From assembly GCA_016865985.1 (NCBI GenBank), contig VGNO01000001.1:1-51367 (forward strand): 51,367 bases of DNA, read 5' to 3'. Below, in pieces: positions 8,518 to 17,588 of the stretch (the stretch's first letter is position 1; each line of letters starts with the position of its first letter). The translations under genes and the position numbers were made by a program. The notes below the pieces were generated by a model. That model searched no databases, was not told the DNA's origin, and saw nothing but the letters and a program-made list of their open reading frames with translations. This DNA is from Chloroflexota bacterium. GTDB lineage: Bacteria > Chloroflexota > Anaerolineae > Anaerolineales > Villigracilaceae.

Positions 8518-9183
8518 ATGAAAAAATTCATTGCGGTTGCCGGGAACATCGGCGTCGGGAAATCGACGCTGGTGGAAATGTTATGCGCCCGGCTGGGCTG
8601 GACGCCCTTCTTCGAACCGGTGGCCGAGAATCCCTACCTGTCGGACTTCTACCGTGACATGGAAGCCTGGGCCTTCCACTCGCAGATCTTCTTCCTGACC
8701 CACCGCCTGCGCGCCCACCACCAACTGGCGCTCCACCCCACCTCGGCCATCCAGGACCGCAGCGTGTACGAGGACGCCGAGATCTTTGCCCACAACCTGT
8801 TCCTGCAGGGACACATCCACCCGCGCGACTACGATACCTACCGCGAACTCTACCTGACCCTGATCGATTTCCTGCCGCCGCCCGACCTGGTGATCTACCT
8901 GCACGCCTCGGTCCCGACCCTGCTGCGGCGCATCGCCAGCCGCGGGCGGGATTACGAACGCTCCATCCCGCCCGACTACCTGAGCAGCCTGAATGCCCTC
9001 TATGAGAACTGGATCTCGAACTTCACCCTCTGCCCGGTGCTGACCGTCCCGGCGGACGATATTGACTATGTTGCCCACACCGGCCACCTGAACCTGATCA
9101 TCTCGAAGGCGGAAGAGAAACTGACCGGCAAGGACGAGGTCGTCTTCTACCCGGAGGAAGTGGCCCTGGCCGCTACGGTATAA
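8518..9183 (+). CDS. Deoxynucleoside kinase (dCK/dGK family), paralog 1
   Basis: AGGAGGAG RBS, P-loop GNIGVGKST, ENPYLSDFY and DRSVYED motifs. The listed ORF start at 8308 was rejected. Confidence 0.85.
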   Translation: MKKFIAVAGNIGVGKSTLVEMLCARLGWTPFFEPVAENPYLSDFYRDMEAWAFHSQIFFLTHRLRAHHQLALHPTSAIQDRSVYEDAEIFAHNLFLQGHIHPRDYDTYRELYLTLIDFLPPPDLVIYLHASVPTLLRRIASRGRDYERSIPPDYLSSLNALYENWISNFTLCPVLTVPADDIDYVAHTGHLNLIISKAEEKLTGKDEVVFYPEEVALAATV

Positions 9184-9203
9184 GAATGGTTTACAGCAAA
9201 CAG

Positions 9204-9230
9204 ACGGACGGCTGAAGCCGTCCGTTTTCT
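9204..9230 (+). terminator. Intrinsic terminator-like hairpin between convergent genes
   Basis: ACGGACGGC-TGAA-GCCGTCCGT followed by TTTCT. Confidence 0.6.
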
Positions 9231-11242
9231 TATCGGAACACCACCCCCCACTTGAAGCGCCCTTCCAACCAGAGTTCCGGGTTTTCCGGTCGGACGCCCC
9301 AGCCGGGAGCGTCAGCCTGGCCGCACTCCAGTTTAGCCAGGGGGTCTGGCAGGTAGGGCAGGGCGAGGCAGGCCGGCGCTGGAGCCTGCCCGCCGGGGCC
9401 CTTTCCATCCCCCGCTTCCCCGCCCGTCTCCAGCCGGGAGTTGGGACGTCCCGGGCTGGGGCGGCAGTCGAAGATCCAGCCGCCGCCGTCCGGCAGGCGG
9501 CACCAGGACACATCGGCGCTGGTTGCAACCGGGTAAGTGAAAATGTCGGCGGTGTAACCACCAACCCCGAACAGGCGCACCGTGTCCCCGCCATCGCTCA
9601 ACGAGAGATTGGTCTCGGATGCGTAGAAGACTGCAATCTGGCGCGGCTGGAGGGTGATATCCGGCAGTTTGAAGGCCGCCGAACCGCCTTCATCGTCGTC
9701 GAGTTTCCAGCCTTTCAGGCTGACCGCCGTCGACCCGACATTGATCAACTCGATGAACTCGTCTCCCACGCCGGTGCGCCCGTCGGCATTCCAGTCGCTG
9801 CGCGGGTGGGGCAGGAACTCGTTGATGATGACCGTCACCGTGACCTGGGTCGGGGCCTGGGTGGGGGTCTTCGTCCGGCTGGGCGTGGGAGTGACAGTAC
9901 GGGTCGGCGTGCTGGACGGGGTGGGTGTGACCGCGCCCGGGCAGACCGTCGCCGGGGCAGCGCGGTTCTGCGGGTTGGCCGGTGCGATCTGGCTGAAATC
10001 GGTTCTGTTGTCCCCCGTGTCCTGGCATCCCGCGGACCGGCGTTCGTAACTCTGGTTGGCTACGCCGCTGAGGGGCGGGAGGTTTGTCCCTTCCCGGTAG
10101 AGGGTCGCGGCGCACATGCCGGCCTGGTCCACCACCGCGCTACCGGAAAGGATGGCGATCCCGCCGTCGTCGGAGATGGTGGAGGAGAACGTCTGGTCGG
10201 CCCCGGTCACGCCAGAAGACGAGTTGGCGGCCAGGAAGCGCTGTCCCGGCTGGAGGATGGTGTCGGTGGCAATCGTCAACAGGGTGGAGACCGTCGAGCC
10301 GCAGCCGCTGGACTTCTTGACCTGCCAGCCGCCGATGTTGACCGCCGCCGCGCTGGGGTTGTAGAGTTCGATGAACTCGTCGCTGGAATTATCCGGGAGG
10401 GAGGTGCGGAACTCGCTGATGACGATATGCGCCGGCGGCATCAGGGTGGCGGTGGAGGTGGCGGTCGCGCTGGCGGTGGGACTGGACGTGGGTGTATATG
10501 TGGCGGTGGGCGTATCGGTCGCCGTCCCGGTGGCGGTCGGCGTGCCGGTATCGGTGGGGGTGTTGGTCGCAGTGGGCGTTTCGGTCGGGGTGGCGGTTGC
10601 CGCCCCAAAGCAAGGTGTGTAGGGCGCCGCTGAACTTTGCGGAGCGCTCGATGCAACGAAAACGAAATCCGCTGCATTATCCTGGGTGTCGTAACAACTT
10701 CCTGCCATCCCGCCCGGCAGGCGTTCGTATCCCTGGTTCAAGTTAGCGCCGAGTTCGGGTAAAGGCATCCCTTCGGACGCTCCACTGCTCATACCAACTT
10801 TGTCAACGATCGTGACGCCATCCGCCAGCGTCAGGGCGACGCCGCCGTTATCGGCGATCCCGGCCGATAGATCCCCATCCCGTGGCGTTATTCCGCTGAC
10901 GGTGGTGGCAGCGAGATAATGTTGCCCCGGGTGGAGGGTCACGCCAGGCGGGATGGTGTAGCGAGTGGTCATGCCGCCGGCGCTGCTGACAGACCGGATC
11001 AACATTCCCCCAACGGACAGGTCCTCCCCGGTTGGGTTGAATATTTCCACGAATTCATCCGACCCGAGCCCAACTCCTCGAGCCCGGAATTCACTAATGA
11101 CTACATGGTAAGGGGGAATGGGTGTATTCGCAGCCTGCCCCTGTGGCGCGGCGAGCGCCGCCCCGCCCAGGAGATCGCCAAGCAGGCTGGCGGCGAGCAG
11201 CAGGATCAATACAAGGGCCAAAACTCGGTTCCGTCCACGCAT
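9230..11242 (-). CDS. Secreted protein with three lamin-tail domains (LTD) separated by Pro/Thr linkers
   Basis: Signal peptide. Three repeats of the pattern (V/I)I(S/N)EF...DEF(V/I)E(I/L)(F/Y/I)N. TP-rich linkers. 670 aa. Confidence 0.85.
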   Translation of the reverse strand: MRGRNRVLALVLILLLAASLLGDLLGGAALAAPQGQAANTPIPPYHVVISEFRARGVGLGSDEFVEIFNPTGEDLSVGGMLIRSVSSAGGMTTRYTIPPGVTLHPGQHYLAATTVSGITPRDGDLSAGIADNGGVALTLADGVTIVDKVGMSSGASEGMPLPELGANLNQGYERLPGGMAGSCYDTQDNAADFVFVASSAPQSSAAPYTPCFGAATATPTETPTATNTPTDTGTPTATGTATDTPTATYTPTSSPTASATATSTATLMPPAHIVISEFRTSLPDNSSDEFIELYNPSAAAVNIGGWQVKKSSGCGSTVSTLLTIATDTILQPGQRFLAANSSSGVTGADQTFSSTISDDGGIAILSGSAVVDQAGMCAATLYREGTNLPPLSGVANQSYERRSAGCQDTGDNRTDFSQIAPANPQNRAAPATVCPGAVTPTPSSTPTRTVTPTPSRTKTPTQAPTQVTVTVIINEFLPHPRSDWNADGRTGVGDEFIELINVGSTAVSLKGWKLDDDEGGSAAFKLPDITLQPRQIAVFYASETNLSLSDGGDTVRLFGVGGYTADIFTYPVATSADVSWCRLPDGGGWIFDCRPSPGRPNSRLETGGEAGDGKGPGGQAPAPACLALPYLPDPLAKLECGQADAPGWGVRPENPELWLEGRFKWGVVFR

Positions 11243-11335
11243 ATTTTCAATTCATCCAGTCAGCCCGGGGCAGGGATAGCCGCGCCAAACCAGATTGAGG
11301 TCCGTAGCGTCAATTTTACTTGCAAAACAGGGGTG

Positions 11336-11596
11336 TTAGCGGGGCGCAACCACCAGTTTGATGGCGGTCCTGACCTTGCCTTCGATCTCCACGTCCACGA
11401 ACTCAGGCACGGCCACCACGTCGATCCCGTCGTTCTTCAGGTAGCCGGTAGCCAGCACCAGCGCTTTGACCGCCTGGTTGACCGCTCCCGCCCCGATCGC
11501 TTGCACGTCCGCCCGTTTGTGTTCACGGACTACGCCCGCGATTGCCCCTGCCACTGCGGAGGTTCGGGAGGTTGCAGAAACCTTGATCGTGTCCAT
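11336..11596 (-). CDS. spoVS: Stage V sporulation protein S (SpoVS) homolog
   Basis: 86 aa. KVSA.S....VAGAIAGV.RE....VQAIGAGAVNQAVKA..LA.GYL pattern typical of SpoVS. Confidence 0.9.
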   Translation of the reverse strand: MDTIKVSATSRTSAVAGAIAGVVREHKRADVQAIGAGAVNQAVKALVLATGYLKNDGIDVVAVPEFVDVEIEGKVRTAIKLVVAPR

Positions 11597-11639
11597 ATTG
11601 GTCTCCCTTGTTAGAAACGGTCCAATGGAACGGGGCTGC

Positions 11640-12091
11640 TTATCTATACAAGAGTTTACAATATATCGAGAGGCGATTCAAGCCGTAAATGGTACTACAG
11701 GAATCAAGTATGTATATATTTATTGATATCTTAGTAGTCGTAGTAGGGGCTGTGGATAGTGTGGAGAAAGCAGTCGCGCGGGTTGATTCGCCGTACATCC
11801 GGCGGCTGCGTCCCGGAGGCCTCCCGTATCTGGCGGATACAGCCGGCGGACCGGAGCGGCTTTCCTGTGGATAAAATCCCTGGAACCGGGGCGGCGGGAT
11901 CCGGCTGGCAGCAGTCCCCCACCCCGGAGGATCCGCTTTTGCCATATATTGGCGGGACGCTTGTTCCCTCCCCAGATATGGGGGTTCCACTCTCCGCCAT
12001 ATTTCGAACAATTGAGCAGTTTATCCACAGAAGGATGGGTTTATCCACAAGAATCTGCGAGTTATCCACAGTTATGGGTCGAAGGCAGGGA
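11640..12091. other. DnaA-box cluster plus AT-rich tract: candidate chromosomal replication origin (oriC)
   Basis: Perfect TTATCCACA at 12021-12029, 12041-12049 and 12062-12070. Perfect TGTGGATAA at 11866-11874. 8/9 boxes at 11751-11759 and 11760-11768. AT-rich tract at about 11641-11745. No credible CDS in the gap. Confidence 0.65.
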
Positions 12092-13120
12092 TTAAGGGAC
12101 CTTCCTGCCATCCCTATATATGGCATCCAACCCGTGCGCGCCGGCCAGGTCTTCGAGCAGGAGGTCCACTTCGTCCATGAATTGATCCAGTTCGGCCAGG
12201 CGGGGGGGCAGACCTTCTGAGTCCAGGGCGAAGAACTTGCAGGCCGCCTGCCACCCTCCCTGTTTCGCCACAGGCAGCGCCATGGCGGACAAGGTCCAGG
12301 TTTGCAGCAGCGGCCACAGGCTGGAACGGGACTGGCCGGCATCGAGCAGGGCTTGCAGGGCCTGCCGGTAATAGCCCAGGCGGGAAGGGTGCAGGCGGGC
12401 GTCGGCGCCCCGCCGGGAGCCGGCAGACAGGAAGGCTTTTTCCCACTGAGCCAGGAAGCCGGTCATGGCGCCGTCGTCGACCGTTTCCGCTCCCAGCATG
12501 CGGAACAGGAGGCCGGTCAGGCCGGGACGGCCGGCGGCCTCAGCGCGGGCCGGGAACTGGAGCAGGAAACGCCGCTCGGCCAGCGCCGTCCCGTTCAGGA
12601 TGGCGACGGCATTGGCGGCATGGCTGACGGCTTTGAAGAAGGCAAGCAACCGGGCTGGACCTTCGTTTGTTTCAGCGGGCAGGCCGGACCAGATCTGGCG
12701 CGCATGTTCCAGGTCCGTGCGGGAACGCTGGAGGCGGTTGAGCGGGTCGTTGAACTTGTCCCGCACCCCGGCCTGGACGAATTCGAAAAAGGACCCGGTC
12801 TCGTGGAGCAACATTGGGTCCCACATCTCCGGTCCCAGCCAGGGATGGAAGCGCACCCGGCGCGGGCTTTCGTAATCGCTGCGCGGGTTGTGCTGGATGT
12901 CTATATGGACTTCGGGGGTGAGCGGGACGATCTCGCGCCGGGCAGGCGGTTGCCGGTCGTGGATGAAGACCAGGTCGATATCGGCTACCCCGCCCAGGAG
13001 GGGGTCGTCGGTCAACAAAGACCCGGTCAGGTAGACGGCCAGGATGCTCTTGTCGCTGTGCGTGCGCTGGGCGGTGGTCTCGCGGGCGATGCGGAGCAGG
13101 GTCTCGCGGGTGATGCGCAC
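12092..13120 (-). CDS. Pol-beta-superfamily nucleotidyltransferase-domain protein, unknown function
   Basis: N-terminal GS...DIDLVF motif (LTGSLLTDDPLLGGVADIDLVFIHD) followed by a helical C-terminal region. 342 aa. Confidence 0.7.
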   Translation of the reverse strand: MRITRETLLRIARETTAQRTHSDKSILAVYLTGSLLTDDPLLGGVADIDLVFIHDRQPPARREIVPLTPEVHIDIQHNPRSDYESPRRVRFHPWLGPEMWDPMLLHETGSFFEFVQAGVRDKFNDPLNRLQRSRTDLEHARQIWSGLPAETNEGPARLLAFFKAVSHAANAVAILNGTALAERRFLLQFPARAEAAGRPGLTGLLFRMLGAETVDDGAMTGFLAQWEKAFLSAGSRRGADARLHPSRLGYYRQALQALLDAGQSRSSLWPLLQTWTLSAMALPVAKQGGWQAACKFFALDSEGLPPRLAELDQFMDEVDLLLEDLAGAHGLDAIYRDGRKVP

Positions 13121-13126
13121 GGCAGC

Positions 13127-13735
13127 CTACTTCCCGCCCAGTGCGGAGCGGATGCGGCCCTCGATCCACTGCCGGTGTTCCAGGTTGCGGACGAAGTCCA
13201 GCGGGTTGGTATCGATCACCAGCACGGGGGTGTCGTCGTAGGGGCGCGAGAAGAATTCATCGTAGGCCTGGTTGAGTTGGGCGATATAACCCTGTTCCAT
13301 GTTGCGTTCGTAGGGACGGTCGCGCATGGCGATGCGCTGCATGAGCGCCCCGGTATCGGCTTTCAGGTAGACCAGCAGGTTGGGCAGGGGGATCTTTTCG
13401 GCCAGCGCCTCGTGCACCCGGCGGTACATTTCGAGTTCATCGCCCTGCAGGTTGATGCCGGCGAAGAGCGAGTCCTTGGCAAAAGTGTAGTCCGAGATCA
13501 GCGGCCGCCCCTGTTCGAGCAGGGCCGGCGCGCTGCGCCGCTGCTGGTGGTAGCGGCTGAGGAGGAAGAAGATCTGGGTCTGGAAGGCGTAGCGCTGGCG
13601 GTCGGAGTAGAAATCGGAGAGGAAGGGGTTCTCCTCGAAGACCTCCAGGAGCAGTTCGGCGTCGAAAGCCGGCTGGAGCAGGCGCGCCAGGGTGGTCTTG
13701 CCCACCCCGATCACACCTTCAATCGCAATGTACAT
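13127..13735 (-). CDS. Deoxynucleoside kinase (dCK/dGK family), paralog 2
   Basis: Start MYIAIEGVIGVGKTT (P-loop), with ENPFLSDFY and ISDYTF motifs. The upstream part of listed ORF 13127..14284 was rejected because it is antisense to the MBL gene. Confidence 0.85.
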   Translation of the reverse strand: MYIAIEGVIGVGKTTLARLLQPAFDAELLLEVFEENPFLSDFYSDRQRYAFQTQIFFLLSRYHQQRRSAPALLEQGRPLISDYTFAKDSLFAGINLQGDELEMYRRVHEALAEKIPLPNLLVYLKADTGALMQRIAMRDRPYERNMEQGYIAQLNQAYDEFFSRPYDDTPVLVIDTNPLDFVRNLEHRQWIEGRIRSALGGK

Positions 13736-13849
13736 GGTCCGCGCTCCCTGGGGAAAGGATGGGTCAAGGATACCATAATCTTTTTCATTCGCTTGACTTT
13801 TGCCTCCGATTTTGCTATGTTTGGAGTACTTTCTGTGGAAGAGGTACTC

Positions 13850-14701
13850 ATGCATCGAGAGCGCGTATCTGAAAATGTCTACTGGTTCCAAAGCGAAGTC
13901 TATGCCCAGGTCACGGCGGGAGTGGTTGCAGGCCCGCAGTGGGCGGTGGTGATCGACACCCTGTCCCTGCCCGAAGAGACCCTGGCGATCCGCGAGTTCG
14001 TCGAACACGAACTGGGGATGGACATCCGCTATGTGATCAACACCCACTACCACGCCGACCATACCTGGGGCAACGGCTTCTTCACCGGCGCGACCATCAT
14101 CTCGCATGCCATGTGCCGCAGCCTGCTGAAAGAACGCGGCCTGCCATCCCTGGAGAATGCCCGCCGCGTGAGCGCAGCCTTCCGCCAGGTCAAGATCGTC
14201 CTGCCGCACCTGACCTTCGAGAGCGGGACGATGACGCTGCGGGTGGGAAAGAAGAACCTGACCATCGCCCCCACCACCGGACACAGCAACGACGGCATCT
14301 CGGTCCTGGTGGACGAGGACCGGGTGCTATTTGCCGGCGACGCCTTCATGCCCCTGCCCTACGTGGTGGATGGCAGCCTGGACGATATCGCCGCCTCCAT
14401 CAAGCGCATCGGAAAGATGGGGTTGGAGAATATCATACAGGGTCACGGCGACATCATCTTGCGGGGGGAGATCGACGCGGCGGTGAAGGAAAACCTCAAC
14501 TACCTGGCAAATATCCGCAAGGCGGCCCGCACCGCCGTCCGGCGTCGGTCGCCGGAGGAGTACCTGGAGGAAATGAGCATCGAGGCCTGCGGCAAGAGCC
14601 GGGTCTACCTGGGCGGGCTGGCGGAGGAACTGCACCGCCGCAACCTGCGCGCCGTCTACCAGCAGGTCAAGAACGGACAGGATACCGGCGGCGAGGAATA
14701 A
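13850..14701 (+). CDS. MBL-fold metallo-hydrolase
   Basis: HYHADH (HxHxDH) motif, later GH and D ligands. Only the C-terminal 283 codons of listed ORF 12302..14701 are credible. An alternative ATG lies at 13817. Confidence 0.8.
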   Translation: MHRERVSENVYWFQSEVYAQVTAGVVAGPQWAVVIDTLSLPEETLAIREFVEHELGMDIRYVINTHYHADHTWGNGFFTGATIISHAMCRSLLKERGLPSLENARRVSAAFRQVKIVLPHLTFESGTMTLRVGKKNLTIAPTTGHSNDGISVLVDEDRVLFAGDAFMPLPYVVDGSLDDIAASIKRIGKMGLENIIQGHGDIILRGEIDAAVKENLNYLANIRKAARTAVRRRSPEEYLEEMSIEACGKSRVYLGGLAEELHRRNLRAVYQQVKNGQDTGGEE

Positions 14702-14717
14702 CCCCCCCGGCAGGAAC

Positions 14718-14751
14718 CAAAAAACCCGGCGCACGAAGGCCGGGTTTTTTA
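14718..14751. terminator. Bidirectional intrinsic terminator between convergent MBL gene and plsY
   Basis: AAAAAACCCGGC-GCACGAAG-GCCGGGTTTTTTA. The A-run and T-run flank a GC stem. Confidence 0.8.
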
Positions 14752-14772
14752 TTGGATTATAGGCGGGTACAA

Positions 14773-15480
14773 CTACTTGGCGCTGTTCTGGCTCAGCGCC
14801 GCCCGGCTGTTCCTGGAGGGGCGCGTCCCCTTTTGCTGGCGTTTCGCCCGCCAGCCGTGCAGCCGCTCGGTGCCTTCCGCCAGGCGCTGGAGGTTCGGGC
14901 GCAGGGCCCACACCAGGAGCGCTTCGGCCAGAACGCCGTAGAGCACGTACTGCCAGGGGGAAAGCCCCAACGCCGCCCGGACCGTAAAGACCGCAATCGA
15001 CAGGACGGCGACGCTCATGGTTGTGACCGAAGCGTACCCGATCCCGAAGTAAATCAGCGCTGCCAGCGGCAGGATGACCAGGCTGGACGGCGCCCACAGG
15101 CCGATCGACCCGCCCAGGGCCGGCGCCCCCCCGGCCCCGCCGCGCAGGCGCCAGCGCCCGTCTTCCTTCCGCTCGGGCAGGAAGATCGAGTAGTTATGGC
15201 CGAGGATGGCGGCCACCGGGGCGAGCGCTTCGATCCAGGCGCCGGCGCCCACCGCGCGCGCCAGCCAGACTGAACCGGCGCCTTTCAGGATGTCGAAGGC
15301 GGCGGTCAACAACCCGGCGCCCAACCCGGCGGCGCGCATGGCATTCGTCCCCCCGGTGCGGCCGCTCTCCACCAGGCGGATATCCTTGCCGGTCTTCCAT
15401 TTCACCACCAGCAAGCCAAATGGGATCGAACCGATAAGGTACGCCACTAGCAGGATACCGATTTCAGAAAGGATTTGCAT
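14773..15480 (-). CDS. plsY: Glycerol-3-phosphate acyltransferase PlsY
   Basis: GGAGGA RBS. N-terminal YLIGSIPFG, SGRTGGTNA and GHNYSIF motifs. Polytopic membrane protein. Confidence 0.9.
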   Translation of the reverse strand: MQILSEIGILLVAYLIGSIPFGLLVVKWKTGKDIRLVESGRTGGTNAMRAAGLGAGLLTAAFDILKGAGSVWLARAVGAGAWIEALAPVAAILGHNYSIFLPERKEDGRWRLRGGAGGAPALGGSIGLWAPSSLVILPLAALIYFGIGYASVTTMSVAVLSIAVFTVRAALGLSPWQYVLYGVLAEALLVWALRPNLQRLAEGTERLHGWRAKRQQKGTRPSRNSRAALSQNSAK

Positions 15481-15625
15481 TTGGTTCCTCCGGACAGTCT
15501 CGATTGCACATGTGGAAACACAAATATTCGCACCAAGTTGCTCTGGATTAGGCCTGCCAGGGCGATTGTAAGGCGGGCGGCGAATAGCGCCCGGTGGATT
15601 GGATGGTTGGAGTACGGGAAAGTTG

Positions 15626-16441
15626 CTAGCGGAACCAGATGAACAGCCCCCAGATCAGCCCCAGCATCGCCAGCGGCTCGACCAGCGCCCGCCGCAGCGG
15701 CACCTGTTCCTTGAGGTTGGCGGCCAGGGCGGTCAGGGCGTAGACCGGGCCGAGCAGCGCCAGGCCGAATTGGACGGGCGTCAGCGGCCAGTAGTGGAGC
15801 GCCGCCGCCAGTTGCGTTCCCGCCAGCCCGATGCCGGCCGCCCAGCCGGCCTCCCAGCGCCCCTGCAGGCGCAGGTGCAGCGTCCGCAGGGAGGCCAGCC
15901 CCCCGGCCAGGAAGATGGCCGGGACCAGCAGGTAGAGCCGCGCTCCCATCGCTTCGAGCGCCGCTGCCAGCACCAGGTAGATGGCGAACGAGAGAGCGGT
16001 CAGGGCGGCGGAAGCCGGCGCATAACGGGCATCGGCGGGATCGACGGCGATGTACTCGGCCAGGAAGACCGCCGCCAGGATCAAGCCGCCGGCGCCAAAC
16101 CCGACCCACCAGACGGCGGTGGCCGGAAGGGAATAGAGGGCGATCCCGATCACCAGGGCGGTCAATGTCGGCAGCAGCAGGTATTCGTAGCGCCGGGCGC
16201 CGGCGGCTTCCGGGCGGTTGCGCAGCAGCCAGTTCATACCGCTGGCGGCCAGGCCGGCGGCAATGATCGCCAGGGCGGTATTCAAGTTTGCATTGACCGA
16301 GAGGGTCACGCCTGCCAGGTTGAAATCGAGCGGGCGGGGCGGGGCGTCAATGACGCGTGTCAGGGCAAAGGAGAGCAGGATGGAGGCGGTCAGGACGCTG
16401 ACCCGGCCGGCTTCCGGCAGGGAATTGTGGATGGTTGCCAT
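15626..16441 (-). CDS. Polytopic membrane protein, unknown function
   Basis: Hydrophobic helices throughout. Start taken at MATIHNSLPEAG (16441). The competing + strand ORF 15599..16531 is an R/G/Q/D low-complexity shadow. Confidence 0.6.
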   Translation of the reverse strand: MATIHNSLPEAGRVSVLTASILLSFALTRVIDAPPRPLDFNLAGVTLSVNANLNTALAIIAAGLAASGMNWLLRNRPEAAGARRYEYLLLPTLTALVIGIALYSLPATAVWWVGFGAGGLILAAVFLAEYIAVDPADARYAPASAALTALSFAIYLVLAAALEAMGARLYLLVPAIFLAGGLASLRTLHLRLQGRWEAGWAAGIGLAGTQLAAALHYWPLTPVQFGLALLGPVYALTALAANLKEQVPLRRALVEPLAMLGLIWGLFIWFR

Positions 16442-16487
16442 GTTGGGATTGTACCTGCTTGGATGGGGCCTGCCAAGCCTGTAAAGG

Positions 16488-17528
16488 ATGCTTATCATCG
16501 AACAGATGTGCCAATTTTGTGCCTGTGGTAGAATTGGCAGCGTGGAAAACCAGACCGCCAAATTCCCCCCGCCCCCGCGACTGATGACTGCGCTCGGCGC
16601 GGGTTTCGACACCACCGCCAACCACCTGCTCCTGATCTCCCTGCCGCTCCTGCTCGACATCTTCCTCTGGCTGGGACCGAGCCTGAGCGTGCAGGAACTC
16701 CTCCAGCCCTATGTGGACGGGTACAGCCTGCCCGAAGGACTGGCGATAGAAGGCCTGCCCGACCTGGCGCTTGTCCAGCAGGCCTGGACGGATATCCTGC
16801 AAGGCTTCAACCTTTTCTCGTTCCTGCGCACCGTCCCGCTGGGGGTCAGCAGCCTGGTGAGCGCCACCCTTTCCGGTGTGACCCCCTTCGGGGAGGCTAT
16901 GCGGCTGGAAGTGGGCTCGCTGGCGGGGGTCCTGGGCTGGCTGGCGCTGGTTGCCGCTGCCGGCTGGCTGCTGGGCGGGTTGTATTTCTACTGGATCTCG
17001 TCCGTGACCCTCAAGCCGGAGACCAGACTGCCGTTTGGCGCCGCCTCGCTCCAGGGCTTCATCCTGTCCCTGCTCTGGCTGGGGCTGCTGGTCTGCCTGG
17101 CGCCGCCGGCGCTGGTTTTCCTGGGACTCTTGACCATGATCAGCCCGTTCCTGGGACAGGCGGCCATGTTCCTGCTGGCGATGTCCTCGATGTGGATCAT
17201 CCTGCCGGTCTTTTTCTCCCCGCACGGCATCTATGCCCACCGCCAGAATGCGCTGGCGGCCATCTGGAGCAGCCTGCGCCTGGCGCGCTATACCCTGCCG
17301 ACCAGCGGCTGGTTCGTGACCGTGCTCGGTCTGATCTGGATCGGCCTGGACATGCTGTGGCGGCTGCCGGGCCAGGATACCTGGCTGACCCTGGTGGGCA
17401 TCGCCGGGCACGCCTTCATCAGCACGGCCTTGTTGTCGGCCAGTTTTATCTATTACCGGGACATCACCGCCTGGCTGGAAGTTGTCCTGGAACGAATGAA
17501 GACCCAAAAGCAATCGCTGCGGGCCTGA
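16488..17528 (+). CDS. Polytopic membrane protein, unknown function
   Basis: At least 7 hydrophobic helices. Alternative start at 16584 (MTALGAGFDT). The competing - strand ORF 16347..17534 is low-complexity. Confidence 0.6.
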   Translation: MLIIEQMCQFCACGRIGSVENQTAKFPPPPRLMTALGAGFDTTANHLLLISLPLLLDIFLWLGPSLSVQELLQPYVDGYSLPEGLAIEGLPDLALVQQAWTDILQGFNLFSFLRTVPLGVSSLVSATLSGVTPFGEAMRLEVGSLAGVLGWLALVAAAGWLLGGLYFYWISSVTLKPETRLPFGAASLQGFILSLLWLGLLVCLAPPALVFLGLLTMISPFLGQAAMFLLAMSSMWIILPVFFSPHGIYAHRQNALAAIWSSLRLARYTLPTSGWFVTVLGLIWIGLDMLWRLPGQDTWLTLVGIAGHAFISTALLSASFIYYRDITAWLEVVLERMKTQKQSLRA

Positions 17529-17588
17529 CCCCAACCGGCTGCCCCAATTATTCAGCGCTCAGTCGGAAATAAAAACAAGGAGACCGCC

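Noticed and set aside
10441-10600. GGTGGC/GGTGGG-rich quasi-repetitive DNA that could be mistaken for a tandem repeat or degenerate CRISPR-like array
   Set aside because: It is the antisense of a Thr/Pro/Ala linker inside the LTD protein gene. There is no fixed repeat unit or spacer periodicity.
12302-13849. N-terminal 516 codons of the 799-aa + strand ORF 12302..14701
   Set aside because: This part is antisense to two well-supported minus-strand genes (NTase 12092..13120 and deoxynucleoside kinase 13127..13735). Its translation is G/A/R/Q/V low-complexity. Only the C-terminal MBL-hydrolase part from 13850 looks like a protein.
15599-17534. ORFs 15599..16531 (+, 310 aa) and 16347..17534 (-, 395 aa)
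   Set aside because: Both are Q/R/G/D/P-rich antisense frames of two membrane-protein genes whose own translations show regular hydrophobic helices.
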